In this document: piece after piece, positions 9,961 to 19,331 of the stretch
Layout of the letters: each line of letters opens with the position of its first letter
Position numbering within the stretch: position 1 is the first letter of the stretch
Origin: Deferribacterales bacterium
GTDB lineage: Bacteria > Chrysiogenota > Deferribacteres > Deferribacterales > Geovibrionaceae
Assembly (NCBI GenBank): GCA_050253075.1
Contig: JBFWJS010000006.1
Span: 185,107 to 249,106 of the forward strand
Direction: 5' to 3'
DNA: 64,000 nt
The notes under the pieces: generated by a model
What the model was told of the DNA's origin: nothing
Databases searched by the model: none
What the model saw: only the letters and a program-made list of their open reading frames with translations
Program-made: the position numbers and the translations under genes

Positions 9961-10335
9961 TTATTTCTGCGGAGTGAAAGGCCCTCTGACGTCGCCTCTG
10001 GCGTTTACTATTATGTTGAATTTATTGCCCGAAGCGTCCTGCACTGTGTATGTGTATCCTGTGAATCGCTTGCCTTCGAATGTGCCTGATTCCACAACAC
10101 TGTAGCCCTTCATGTTTGAAGCGAGATAGTCTGCTGCGATCTTATCAGCCTCATCTTTTGTCTTAGGCTGAAAGTCCGCAGGGAGTCTGTTTCCGGTGCC
10201 CTGCATTGCTCCGCCCATTCCCATACCAGCGCCCGGGCCCATGCCGCCGCCTGCGCCGTATCCTGCTGCGTATGCTGTTGTGCCTGCTCCTATTGCAAAG
10301 AGTGCTATTACTGCCATTGTTATTATCTTTCTCAT
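9961..10335 (-). CDS. Secreted hypothetical protein: signal peptide, Gly/Met-rich segment, PepSY-like C-terminus
   Basis: Signal peptide ending AYA; GYGAGGGMGPGAGMGMGG; RBS GGAGG. Confidence 0.75.
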   Translation of the reverse strand: MRKIITMAVIALFAIGAGTTAYAAGYGAGGGMGPGAGMGMGGAMQGTGNRLPADFQPKTKDEADKIAADYLASNMKGYSVVESGTFEGKRFTGYTYTVQDASGNKFNIIVNARGDVRGPFTPQK

Positions 10336-10371
10336 TTCAAGAACCTCCGTTGTTTATATTAAAATTATATA

Positions 10372-10387
10372 ACCAACATCTGTGCCA
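10372..10387 (-). promoter_or_regulatory. Possible sigma54 (-24/-12) promoter with a non-canonical -12
   Basis: TGGCAC-AGATG-TTGGT on the minus strand; GG where GC is expected. Confidence 0.4.
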
Positions 10388-10500
10388 AAAAATAGAAATA
10401 GATATATAGTTTATAGATTTGAATATTTTAATACGAAAAACTATCTGCACCGTGCGCACTTTTCACACATTTGTGCATTAATTTCCCACATCGGGGGCAT

Positions 10501-10533
10501 AAAAAAAGGCAGAGCCTTGATCGACTCTGCCTT
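10501..10533 (-). terminator. Rho-independent terminator of the TRAP operon
   Basis: AAGGCAGAG/CTCTGCCTT stem with a U-run on the minus strand. Confidence 0.75.
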
Positions 10534-10541
10534 AGTGGTTT

Positions 10542-12584
10542 TTATCTTTTTGCCAGCTTCATTCGGAATAGCTGTTCCATGACCAGCAGTCCGAACATCG
10601 CAAGACCTACAAGGTACATCCAGTACTTCATGTCATCGCCCAGTCCGAATATAGGCAGCAGAGTGCCCGGACGGAAGAGTACGAATGAAGTAACGAGGAA
10701 TAGCGGTATCTCCCATATCTTGTTCTTTGTGAGGAACCAGCCCTGAACAGCGGCGGTGAATGCGAAAGCAGCCACACACGCCATGACGAATATAAGCAGG
10801 CCGAGCGACCAGCTGTATATCTCGTGCAGGATCAGGTCAGTGTTGAACACAAACATAAACGGGATGATAGCGGTACGCAGGTCGTATGTGAAGCCCTGAA
10901 TACCGGTCTTTATCGGTGGTGAATCCGCAATGGCGGCAGCGGCATAGGATGCCAGCCCCACAGGCGGCGTGTCGTCTGCTAGGATTCCGAAGTAAAAGCA
11001 GAAAAGGTGCGCAGCCATAAGAGGTATCACAAAGCCGTATGAAGCACCGAGATTAACGATGATAGGCGCTGTGAGCGAAGCCATAACGATGTATGTCGCA
11101 GTTGTCGGAAGCCCCATACCGAGCAGGAGCGAGGCGATGGCCGTGATCAGCAGCAGCAGGAAGATGTTCCCCTGTGAGAGGGTCTCCACTATCTGAGTGA
11201 TCATACCGCCGATACCCATACCGACCACACCCACGATGATACCTGCGGATGCTGTGGCGAGGGCAACGGAGACCATGTTTCTCGAACCGCCGATGAGACC
11301 GTTTCCGATGGTTTTGACAGACTGTACAACAGCCTGTTTTATATCTTTCGAGCCGTCGGCTTTGAATGCCTTGCGTATCTCCTGATAAAAGATGATAACA
11401 GAGAGCATAAGCACAGCGTTGTAAGCGGCCATCTCAGGGGAGTGGCGGACAACAACAAGCTCGTAAACCAGCATTCCGATAGGGATGAGATAATGTGCGC
11501 CGTTTCGGATAACCTCGAAGAATTTCGGACATTCTTCCTTTGGCAGTCCTTTCATGCCCAGCTTGCAGGCCTCAAGGTGTGTCACATAAAAAAGTGCAAA
11601 ATATGAGACAAATGCAGGCACGGCAGCAGCTTTAACAACCTCTATGTAAGGCACATTCACATACTCTGCAATGATGAAAGCGGCAGCACCCATGATAGGA
11701 GGCATAAGCTGTCCGTCTGTGGAAGCAGCGACCTCGGTAGCAGCAGCTTTCGTAGCAGGATAGCCCACCTTTTTCATAAGCGGTATGGTGAATGTTCCCG
11801 TGGTGACGATGTTTGCGATACTCGAACCGGAGACAAGCCCCGTGAGACCTGATGAAACAATGGCAGCCTTAGCAGGCCCGCCCTTGAAGCGTCCGAGCAG
11901 CGACAACGACATGTCTATGAAAAATTTGCCCGCACCGGCCTTGTCCAGCATGGACCCCAGTAGGACAAACAAATATACAATGGAAGCAGATACCCCCAGC
12001 GGGATACCGTATATACCCTCGGTAGAGAGCGATATCTGGTTAAGATACTTATTAAGTGAAACACCCTTGAATGCCATGAACGAAGGCATGTATGGACCCA
12101 TAAATGCATAGGCAGTAAATACCAGAGCTATGATGGTGAGTGCCGGACCGATAGAACGTCTGGTCGCCTCGAGCAGAAGTATAACAGTGGCGAAACCGAA
12201 TATGACGTCTCTTGTGATAGGAAAGCCGGCTCTGATGGCAAGTCCGTCTGCGTCCACAGCGATATAAAGTGCAGCGCAGGCGCCTAATATAGCAAATAAG
12301 TAGTCATTTAAAGGCACTTTGTCCGTAGCAGCAAAATACCTCAGAAACATGGGCGGGCGTTTTACCACAGGGATACTGAGGAACAGTATCGCCATAGCAA
12401 ATGCTAGGTGTATAGCCCTGGTCTTTGTCCCGTCGAGAATAAGAAAGCTGGCTATCGAAAGCTGGAAGACAGCCCAGGCTATCGCCAGTATGGATATCAG
12501 ATAGCTCTCATGCTTTCGTAGGGACCTGACCTCCCCCGTTTCTTCTTTAAGGATCTCCTCGGCAGTTCTCATTTTTCTAGCCAT
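10542..12584 (-). CDS. TRAP transporter fused permease (4TM/12TM, TAXI-type)
   Basis: LLEATRR, GGPAKAA, GSSIANIVTTG, GQLMPPIMGAAAF, GMGLPTT, DDTPPVGLA. Confidence 0.93.
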   Translation of the reverse strand: MARKMRTAEEILKEETGEVRSLRKHESYLISILAIAWAVFQLSIASFLILDGTKTRAIHLAFAMAILFLSIPVVKRPPMFLRYFAATDKVPLNDYLFAILGACAALYIAVDADGLAIRAGFPITRDVIFGFATVILLLEATRRSIGPALTIIALVFTAYAFMGPYMPSFMAFKGVSLNKYLNQISLSTEGIYGIPLGVSASIVYLFVLLGSMLDKAGAGKFFIDMSLSLLGRFKGGPAKAAIVSSGLTGLVSGSSIANIVTTGTFTIPLMKKVGYPATKAAATEVAASTDGQLMPPIMGAAAFIIAEYVNVPYIEVVKAAAVPAFVSYFALFYVTHLEACKLGMKGLPKEECPKFFEVIRNGAHYLIPIGMLVYELVVVRHSPEMAAYNAVLMLSVIIFYQEIRKAFKADGSKDIKQAVVQSVKTIGNGLIGGSRNMVSVALATASAGIIVGVVGMGIGGMITQIVETLSQGNIFLLLLITAIASLLLGMGLPTTATYIVMASLTAPIIVNLGASYGFVIPLMAAHLFCFYFGILADDTPPVGLASYAAAAIADSPPIKTGIQGFTYDLRTAIIPFMFVFNTDLILHEIYSWSLGLLIFVMACVAAFAFTAAVQGWFLTKNKIWEIPLFLVTSFVLFRPGTLLPIFGLGDDMKYWMYLVGLAMFGLLVMEQLFRMKLAKR

Positions 12585-12606
12585 GAATTCAACCCCTTAA
12601 AAAAAT

Positions 12607-12640
12607 AAAAAGAGGGCTGTGCCTTTCGACACTGCCCTCT
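12607..12640 (-). terminator. Intra-operon stem-loop/terminator between the TAXI receptor and the permease
   Basis: AGAGGGC...GCCCTCT stem with a U-run on the minus strand. Confidence 0.55.
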
Positions 12641-12660
12641 CGGATAGTTCAGTTAGTTAG

Positions 12661-13689
12661 TTACTGAATGAGTTCTTTCTTGACGTATTGATCAAGACCA
12701 GCTTCTTTGTAGTACTTAAGAGCACCAGGATGGATAGGAGCTGAAAGACCTGCGAGCATGCTCTCTTTTGTGAGAACGGAGTATGCAGGGTGAAGTTGTT
12801 TGAACTCATCAAAGTTTTCGAAAACTTCTTTTGTGATAGCGTAAACTACGTCGTCAGATACATCTGCAGATGTCACGAGTGTAGCCTGAACACCAACTGA
12901 CTCTACGTCTGCATCGTTAGCAGCTGTAGGGTAGTTAGAGATAGCGATCACAGATTTAGCATAGTAAGGGAACTTAGCCACGAGCGCATCAGCAGCAGCA
13001 CCTGCGATAGGTACTATCTTAACTTTGATACGGCCGGATGTAGCTTCTTTGATGTTACCGTTAGGGTGACCGACTGTGTAGAAGAATGCGTCGATTCTTT
13101 CATCCTGAAGGAGGCCCGGAGCTTCAACAGCTTTAGCGTACTCAGGTTTGATATCTTCTTCTGTAAGACCTACAGACTCAAGGATGTCCTTAGAGTTCTG
13201 AAGCTGGCCGGAACCAGGGTTACCAACGTTTACGATTTTGCCTTTGAGGTCTTCAACACCGTTGATGCCGCTGGCAGCGGAAGCGATAAGTGTTATAGAC
13301 TCAGGGTAGATAGAGAATACTGAACGAAGTTTGTTCTGAGCTCCTCTGTCAGCCCACTCAGCCTCACCGTTATATGCCTGATACTGTCTGTCTGACTGAG
13401 CAACGCCGAATTCGAGGTCGCCTGCCAGTACAGCATTGATGTTGTAAACAGAACCGCCTGTTGATTCAACAGTGGCTTTGATACCGTATTCTGCAGATTT
13501 TTTGTTAACAATACGGCTGATAGCACCGCCAGTAGGATAGTAAACGCCTGTAACACCGCCTGTACCGATTGTTACGTAAGTGATGCCGGAAGGCTTCTTC
13601 GCTGATGCTTCTTCTTTAGCCGGTTCACTGTTGCTGCATCCGAAAGATACGAGTGAAACGAGAAGAACCAATAATGCAAGTTTTTTCAT
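12661..13689 (-). CDS. TAXI-family TRAP solute receptor (lipoprotein)
   Basis: Lipobox SFGC; IGTGGVTGVYYPTG, STGGSVYN, GNPGSG, PIHPGALKYYKE. Confidence 0.93.
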   Translation of the reverse strand: MKKLALLVLLVSLVSFGCSNSEPAKEEASAKKPSGITYVTIGTGGVTGVYYPTGGAISRIVNKKSAEYGIKATVESTGGSVYNINAVLAGDLEFGVAQSDRQYQAYNGEAEWADRGAQNKLRSVFSIYPESITLIASAASGINGVEDLKGKIVNVGNPGSGQLQNSKDILESVGLTEEDIKPEYAKAVEAPGLLQDERIDAFFYTVGHPNGNIKEATSGRIKVKIVPIAGAAADALVAKFPYYAKSVIAISNYPTAANDADVESVGVQATLVTSADVSDDVVYAITKEVFENFDEFKQLHPAYSVLTKESMLAGLSAPIHPGALKYYKEAGLDQYVKKELIQ

Positions 13690-13854
13690 TATTTCCTCCT
13701 AAAAAATAATAGACATTAAATTAAACCAAACACTTATAGTAGTGTCAATGTTAATTGAGACTGACACCGTCACAAACACTTGAGACAGCCAAGCCCTTTT
13801 AACACATTCTTAATTATATTTCATAAAATGTTATTATCAAAGTGTTTTTATGCC

Positions 13855-15195
13855 CTAATCCTCAACATATCTGGCTACGCCCGTACGGTATGCAGTTGTT
13901 TCCACATCTTTTTCAACTGCGGCATGTACATTTTTATCCAGTATGTTCGGCACAAGGTCGCCGTCGAGGGCGAAAGAGGCAATAGCCTTTGCCGCTGCGA
14001 TCTTCATCTGGTTGTTGATGGTGGTCGCATGGGCATTGAGTGCACCTTTGAAAAGTCCGGGGAATGCGAGGGCGTTGTTAACAGACTTTCCGTCTGCTGC
14101 GAATATCGCTCCGTGCTCCACGGCTACTTCAGGGTCTATCTCAGGGTTCGGGTTTGAAAGCGCAAGTATCACATGCCCCTGCTGTATCATATCCGGAGTG
14201 ATGAGGTCAGGACAGCCTGTGGTGGCGATAACTATCTTAGAGCTCTCTACTACTCCACGCAGATCCTTAGCATTTCCGCCGAGTTTCTTAAATCTCTCAA
14301 CGGCAGCCTGGTCAAGGTCTACACCGTTGAACTCTGTTATTCCGTATGATTTAAGGAGCTTCATGATTCCCGTACCTGCAGCACCGAGACCGATGATCCC
14401 CACTGAGGATTCCTTCAGGTTTATGAATGTGTACTTCGCTATATTGAGAAGAGCGGCGAGCACCACGACTGCCGTTCCGTGCTGATCGTCATGAAGGACG
14501 GGGATGTCGAGCATCCTGTCCAGAGTGTCTTCTATCTCAAAGCATTCAGGCGCTTTGATATCTTCGAGCTTTATCGCTCCGAATGTCGGCGCAATGTTTT
14601 TTACGGTGTCGATGATGTCTTTCGGATTGTGGGATTCTATAAGTATCGGGATACCGTTTATGCCCGAAAGCATTTTGAAAAGAAGAGATTTACCCTCCAT
14701 TACAGGCATACCGGCAACGGCACCTATATCGCCGAGGCCCAGTATCGCAGTACCGTTTGTAACTATCGCAACGTTGTTTTTGATAGATGTGTATTTATTT
14801 GCCAGCTCAGGGTTTTCATTTATCTTTTTACAGATGTTTGCAACGCCCGGAGTATATATCAGTTTAAGGTCGTCGAGGGAGTTAACCTCCACCGTCGGCA
14901 CCATCTCAACCTTTCCGCCGAGGTGTGCTTCTTCAACGATGTCTATCATGCCGATGAGCTCTGCGCCTTCGTCATCTTTAATAGACTGAAGGATAGCTTT
15001 CAGGTTTTCTTCCTCGTCGGCATAGATGTCGATGTCTCTTATCTTATAGCCTTTACCGAGGTGGACAGTCTTCAGCTCGCCTATCATCCCGCCGTTCTGA
15101 CCTATCAGAGAGGTCACCTTGCCGAGATATCCCGGTTTGTCAACTATCTTTATTCTAAGTTTCTTGATTACTTTATTGGAATATTCAATCCTCAT
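13855..15195 (-). CDS. NAD-dependent malic enzyme with N-terminal ACT domain
   Basis: ACT-like DKPGYLGKV; YTPGVA, VTNGTAILGLG, PVMEGK, LEDIKAP, HDDQHGTA, GLGAAG, NNALAFPG. Confidence 0.92.
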   Translation of the reverse strand: MRIEYSNKVIKKLRIKIVDKPGYLGKVTSLIGQNGGMIGELKTVHLGKGYKIRDIDIYADEEENLKAILQSIKDDEGAELIGMIDIVEEAHLGGKVEMVPTVEVNSLDDLKLIYTPGVANICKKINENPELANKYTSIKNNVAIVTNGTAILGLGDIGAVAGMPVMEGKSLLFKMLSGINGIPILIESHNPKDIIDTVKNIAPTFGAIKLEDIKAPECFEIEDTLDRMLDIPVLHDDQHGTAVVVLAALLNIAKYTFINLKESSVGIIGLGAAGTGIMKLLKSYGITEFNGVDLDQAAVERFKKLGGNAKDLRGVVESSKIVIATTGCPDLITPDMIQQGHVILALSNPNPEIDPEVAVEHGAIFAADGKSVNNALAFPGLFKGALNAHATTINNQMKIAAAKAIASFALDGDLVPNILDKNVHAAVEKDVETTAYRTGVARYVED

Positions 15196-15391
15196 TTTCC
15201 TCTCCCTCTTCTACATTAAGGAACTGTTCCCATGTGAGCGGTTCGTAATAATTACATGATCTTTTAGGGGTTTTAACATATCGGCCCATGGCCGCACACT
15301 TCAGGCTGAAAGTATTCTTCATCTCAGCGATCAAAAGGCGTCTGAAATGAACACACCCTCCGCATAAAGATTCTTCTATATTAATTCCCAT
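15185..15391 (-). CDS. Small Cys4 hypothetical protein
   Basis: CGGCVHF...C...C pattern; overlaps the malic enzyme start by 11 nt; ATG at 15391 preferred over TTG at 15418. Confidence 0.6.
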   Translation of the reverse strand: MGINIEESLCGGCVHFRRLLIAEMKNTFSLKCAAMGRYVKTPKRSCNYYEPLTWEQFLNVEEGEENED

Positions 15392-15452
15392 AAAGAAATA
15401 TACCTCTGCACCAAACAAATGTCCATAATATTAATAAGACCAAAATGGTATT

Positions 15453-16706
15453 TTATAGATTTTTATATACGTCCTGCTGATCAGCAAGCCAGTTAAGCCC
15501 CAGAAATTTGATCTCTGAGATATCCTGCTCTGTCAGCTTAAGATCATTCAGCAGTGACGGACTGACGGTTTTATTAATGTCGTCAGATGCTTCCAGCAGT
15601 CCCAGCAGAATGCCCAGCTCGTTATCTTTATACAAAAGAGCGTCGGATATCTTCTGATTCACGCCTATGGTCTGCAGCAGCTCTTCTTTGGTAACGCCGA
15701 GGATAACATCCAGATGAGACAAAAGCCCGATGAAGAAAGCATCGACCTGTCCCTTATAGTTTTCCCCGTATACCCTCTTTGAAAGCAGCTCCATGACATG
15801 GGCTTTCAGCATGGCAGTCTCCAGCAGTGTAGACTTTGCAGCATCTCCGGATTTCCCGGCATAGAGCATGATAGTCAGCCATTTCCTCATGGCATCTCTG
15901 CCTATGAGGTTCAGCGCATGCTTAATGCTGCTTATCTCATTTCTGAGACAGAACGAACAAGTGTTGATGAGCTTAAGGAGCTTTATGGTCAGCTCAGGCT
16001 GAAGCCTGAATTCCCTCTCGATAACCTCTATCTCCGCCTGCTGAGACAGCTTGGCCAGAATGCTGAGTATGGAAGCCTTCGACGGCTCAATACTCTTCTT
16101 TTCTATTACGGCAGGCTTTTCAAAGAAAAATCCCTGAAAAAGCTCGAATCCTGCGTCTCTGGAGTAAATAAAGTCTTCTCTGGTCTCTACCTTTTCCGCC
16201 AATAGTTTCATATGGCGCCCGCGAAAAATCTTTTGAACCCTGTCCATCTTGGCTTGGCAGTTTTCCTTCATGTCCACCTTTATATACTCCGTAAAAGGGA
16301 ATAAAGGCATGAACATGCTGAAATATTCTGCATTCAGGACAAAGTCGTCAAGAGCAAATGTGTAGCCGTCGTGAAAGTAGGATTCCACCCTTTGTATCAC
16401 CTCCGGTGTTACATTTGTGGTTTCCACTATCTCCAGCACTAAGTTATCCTTAGGCAGCACATCAAGTACGTCCTGCATAATGATATTGTCATCTATATTT
16501 ATGAAAGCTTTTCTGTCAGATGTAAGAGACTTCACCCCGAAGTTCTGAAAGATGTTCACTAATACTCTGGATGTAGCCGTGACCGGGTCTAAAAACTCTG
16601 CCCTCTCGTCTGTGCCCGCTTTTCGAAAAAGGAATTCATATGCGAATACGGATTCGTCTCTGGCAAAGATCGGTTGGCGGCCCACAAGAAAATTATCAAA
16701 TTTCAT
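15453..16706 (-). CDS. EAL + HDOD domain protein (YuxH/PdeH-like)
   Basis: RQPI, AYEFLFR, FALDDF, LAEKVET, FQGFFF; HDOD LLKLIN...ISSIKHALNLIG. Confidence 0.9.
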   Translation of the reverse strand: MKFDNFLVGRQPIFARDESVFAYEFLFRKAGTDERAEFLDPVTATSRVLVNIFQNFGVKSLTSDRKAFINIDDNIIMQDVLDVLPKDNLVLEIVETTNVTPEVIQRVESYFHDGYTFALDDFVLNAEYFSMFMPLFPFTEYIKVDMKENCQAKMDRVQKIFRGRHMKLLAEKVETREDFIYSRDAGFELFQGFFFEKPAVIEKKSIEPSKASILSILAKLSQQAEIEVIEREFRLQPELTIKLLKLINTCSFCLRNEISSIKHALNLIGRDAMRKWLTIMLYAGKSGDAAKSTLLETAMLKAHVMELLSKRVYGENYKGQVDAFFIGLLSHLDVILGVTKEELLQTIGVNQKISDALLYKDNELGILLGLLEASDDINKTVSPSLLNDLKLTEQDISEIKFLGLNWLADQQDVYKNL

Positions 16707-16825
16707 ATTACAAACCTATACATCCGATTTTTGTTGTATAGTTCAATATAACATCATAAGTTTACAAAATCATCCCTAAACATAATTATTTTACTGACGA
16801 TTCTAGTAAAAGTGAGGAGAGTGAT

Positions 16826-17404
16826 ATGGGATTAGCACAATATTTGTACGCCGCCAGAAAGCTGAATAACATCGGAAGATGGGCAAGCGAGTTTATGCAT
16901 ATCCGCTCCTCCGTGTCTGAGCACTCCTTTTTTGTCACTCAGATAGCACAGATGCTCGGAGTTATCGAAGAGGAAAAGGGACGAAACATCGACTGGGAAA
17001 GGCTTTATAAAAAAGCCCTGAATCATGATGTCGTCGAAGCCTTCACAGGGGATATCCTCAGCAATGTGAAGAACATGACACCGAAGATCAAGCACGCAGT
17101 GGACGACGTGGAAAACATGATCGCCGAAGAACTGCTTTTTTCAAAAATCGAATCACCTTATAAAGAAATATACAGGGACATGATATTCGACGGTAAGGAC
17201 GAATCCATCGAAGGTCAGATCCTGCGTTATGCAGACAATATCGACGCCATGCTCGAATGCCTTACAGAAGCGAAGCTGGGCAACAATGCACCCTTTAAAA
17301 AGAAATACGAAGAAATAAAAGTGAAGCTGCAGAAAGTCGAACTCCAGAGTGTGAAATATTTCATAACAGAAATTTTGCCTGAGTATGAGACTCTTCTGGA
17401 CTAA
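16826..17404 (+). CDS. HD-domain hydrolase, YfbR-like 5'-deoxynucleotidase
   Basis: RW...SVSEHS, ALNHDVVEAFTGD, YADNIDA. Confidence 0.85.
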   Translation: MGLAQYLYAARKLNNIGRWASEFMHIRSSVSEHSFFVTQIAQMLGVIEEEKGRNIDWERLYKKALNHDVVEAFTGDILSNVKNMTPKIKHAVDDVENMIAEELLFSKIESPYKEIYRDMIFDGKDESIEGQILRYADNIDAMLECLTEAKLGNNAPFKKKYEEIKVKLQKVELQSVKYFITEILPEYETLLD

Positions 17405-17536
17405 GCACTGTCATAAAAGAATAATTCAAATATTCAACCAATATAAAACTTCCCGTTAAACCTTACATTAAATAGACATTAGTGCAATACAGGAGTAAAC
17501 TGTAATTAGGTATGAAATAAATGGAGGGTAGACGTC

Positions 17537-18229
17537 ATGGCACATGCTTTAGAAAAACGCCAGTTTAAGAGCTGTCCAGCGAGAGGTTTCGTCTATGTAT
17601 GGGAAGGACCTGTAAGGATTTCCCACTGGGTAACTGTTGTCAGTATCATAACTCTGATAATAACAGGTCTGTATATCCACTACCCGTTTGTGCAGCATAA
17701 TCCCGTGGATTACCCTTATATGATGGGCTCTGCCAGATATATTCACTATATCACAGGGATGGTCTTTACATCCAGCGTACTGGTACGCCTGATATGGGCT
17801 TTCCTCGGCAATAAATACGCCCACATAAGGACATTCTATAATCCGTTCAATAAAGAAGACAGGAAATACATCGTATCCTACCTTAAGTATTACTGCTTTC
17901 TGGAGAAAAAGCCGAAACACGTTCTGACCCATAACCCTATGGCTCAGTATGCATACATCGGTATCTTTATGGTATTCTTCTTCCAGATATTCAGCGGATT
18001 CGCTCTCTGGTCTCAGATAGACCCGAACAGCACCTTCTACGCATTCTTCGGAAGTATATTCAGCGTAGTGGCAAACCAATGGGTAAGATACATGCACTTC
18101 TTCGTTGTATTTGTGATAGCCGTGTTCCTCATGGCTCACCTGTACGCTGCAGTACTGGTTGACTTCCGCACACACGCAGGGGATATAAGCTCTATATTCT
18201 CAGGCTGGAAAGCAGACATCGAAGACTAG
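17537..18229 (+). CDS. Ni/Fe-hydrogenase b-type cytochrome subunit (HyaC/CybH family), orphan
   Basis: YVWEGPVRISHW, RYIHY, HNPMAQ, RYMH...AHLY, ISSIFSGWK. Confidence 0.88.
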   Translation: MAHALEKRQFKSCPARGFVYVWEGPVRISHWVTVVSIITLIITGLYIHYPFVQHNPVDYPYMMGSARYIHYITGMVFTSSVLVRLIWAFLGNKYAHIRTFYNPFNKEDRKYIVSYLKYYCFLEKKPKHVLTHNPMAQYAYIGIFMVFFFQIFSGFALWSQIDPNSTFYAFFGSIFSVVANQWVRYMHFFVVFVIAVFLMAHLYAAVLVDFRTHAGDISSIFSGWKADIED

Positions 18230-18254
18230 GAAAAGACTGAAAAATGGACAAAAT

Positions 18255-18281
18255 AAAAGCCCGCTTCTGCGGGCTTTTTTT
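18255..18281. terminator. Bidirectional terminator
   Basis: AAAAGCCCGC-TTCT-GCGGGCTTTT between convergent genes. Confidence 0.85.
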
Positions 18282-18585
18282 ATTTCTCTATATCAAAGAT
18301 CATATCCAGCTTCATAAGGGACAGAACTTTTAAGATCCTGTCCGGCACATTGATGAGCTTCATCTTGCCGTCGTATTCTTTAAGGTTTTTCAAACCCTCC
18401 AGAAGTGTCGCAAGACCGGAAGAGTCGATGTATGTGACCTGTTCAAGGTCAACCACGATATTCATAACTTTCTTTTTCGTAAGGTCGTTCAGCATGGAAC
18501 GAAGTTCCGCAGAGGTAAGAATATCTATCTTCCCGTGCGGTCTGATTGTTTTTCCTTCGGCGATATCGTCTATTATTATCTTCAT
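18280..18585 (-). CDS. STAS-domain anti-sigma-factor antagonist (RsbV/SpoIIAA-like)
   Basis: GKIDI, VDLEQVTYIDSSGLATL. Confidence 0.9.
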   Translation of the reverse strand: MKIIIDDIAEGKTIRPHGKIDILTSAELRSMLNDLTKKKVMNIVVDLEQVTYIDSSGLATLLEGLKNLKEYDGKMKLINVPDRILKVLSLMKLDMIFDIEK

Positions 18586-18689
18586 ACTATACCCTTCTCA
18601 CTAATGTGATACTTGAAATACTTAACCTATAATAATGGACTTAGACACTAAAAAGCAAGTTTAATTGTATAATAATCACAAAAGAATAT

Positions 18690-19319
18690 CTACTTTTGGA
18701 GAACCATCCACACGTAATAATCACCTGATTTTTCGTCTATCCATTCGTCCTGTACCTTAAAGCCTGTGAGGTACTGATCTACCTGTTCTTTGGTGAGCGA
18801 TGTTACCTTAAGCCTGTATTCCTGAACAGTAGCACTGTCCACACCGAGGCTCTCGACATTCACTTCGGATTTCACCAGCACTTCTATCTGCTTGGCGAGG
18901 TTCTTCTGTGCCTGCATCTTTGCCACACGTTTCTGAGCGGTAAAGCTCTTCTGCTTCGGGGCTATACCCACGGCACCGACATATCCGTCATACACGGGTG
19001 TGTAGAACCACTCGGGGAAACCGCCCTCTCTCACTGGGTATTTAGCCTGTGGTTTCAGCGAGCTGAGCTTCGACGGCTGAGTTTTCTCAGGCATTACTGC
19101 CTTTGGTTTTTCCTCCGGTTTCGGCTGAGGTTTCGCCTCAAGTTCTTTGGCGAAATCAAGGCTAGGCGTTCCCGCCTGTATATCACTCTCCATCTCGGCC
19201 TGAGCTGCTGCGGCTTTCGCCTGCTGAGCTTTTGCGTTGTCCTGTTTGACTGCTGTTTTTGTTGTCATACAGCCGGCCGCCACTGCCAGCATGAGTGTAA
19301 AAAGCAATAACCTTTTCAT
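18690..19319 (-). CDS. LPP20-like lipoprotein
   Basis: Lipobox AAGC; PEWFYTP, AVGIA, QKRVAKMQAQKNLAKQIEVLV, W..E...YVWMV. Confidence 0.75.
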   Translation of the reverse strand: MKRLLLFTLMLAVAAGCMTTKTAVKQDNAKAQQAKAAAAQAEMESDIQAGTPSLDFAKELEAKPQPKPEEKPKAVMPEKTQPSKLSSLKPQAKYPVREGGFPEWFYTPVYDGYVGAVGIAPKQKSFTAQKRVAKMQAQKNLAKQIEVLVKSEVNVESLGVDSATVQEYRLKVTSLTKEQVDQYLTGFKVQDEWIDEKSGDYYVWMVLQK

Positions 19320-19331
19320 GTCTGTCTCCCC

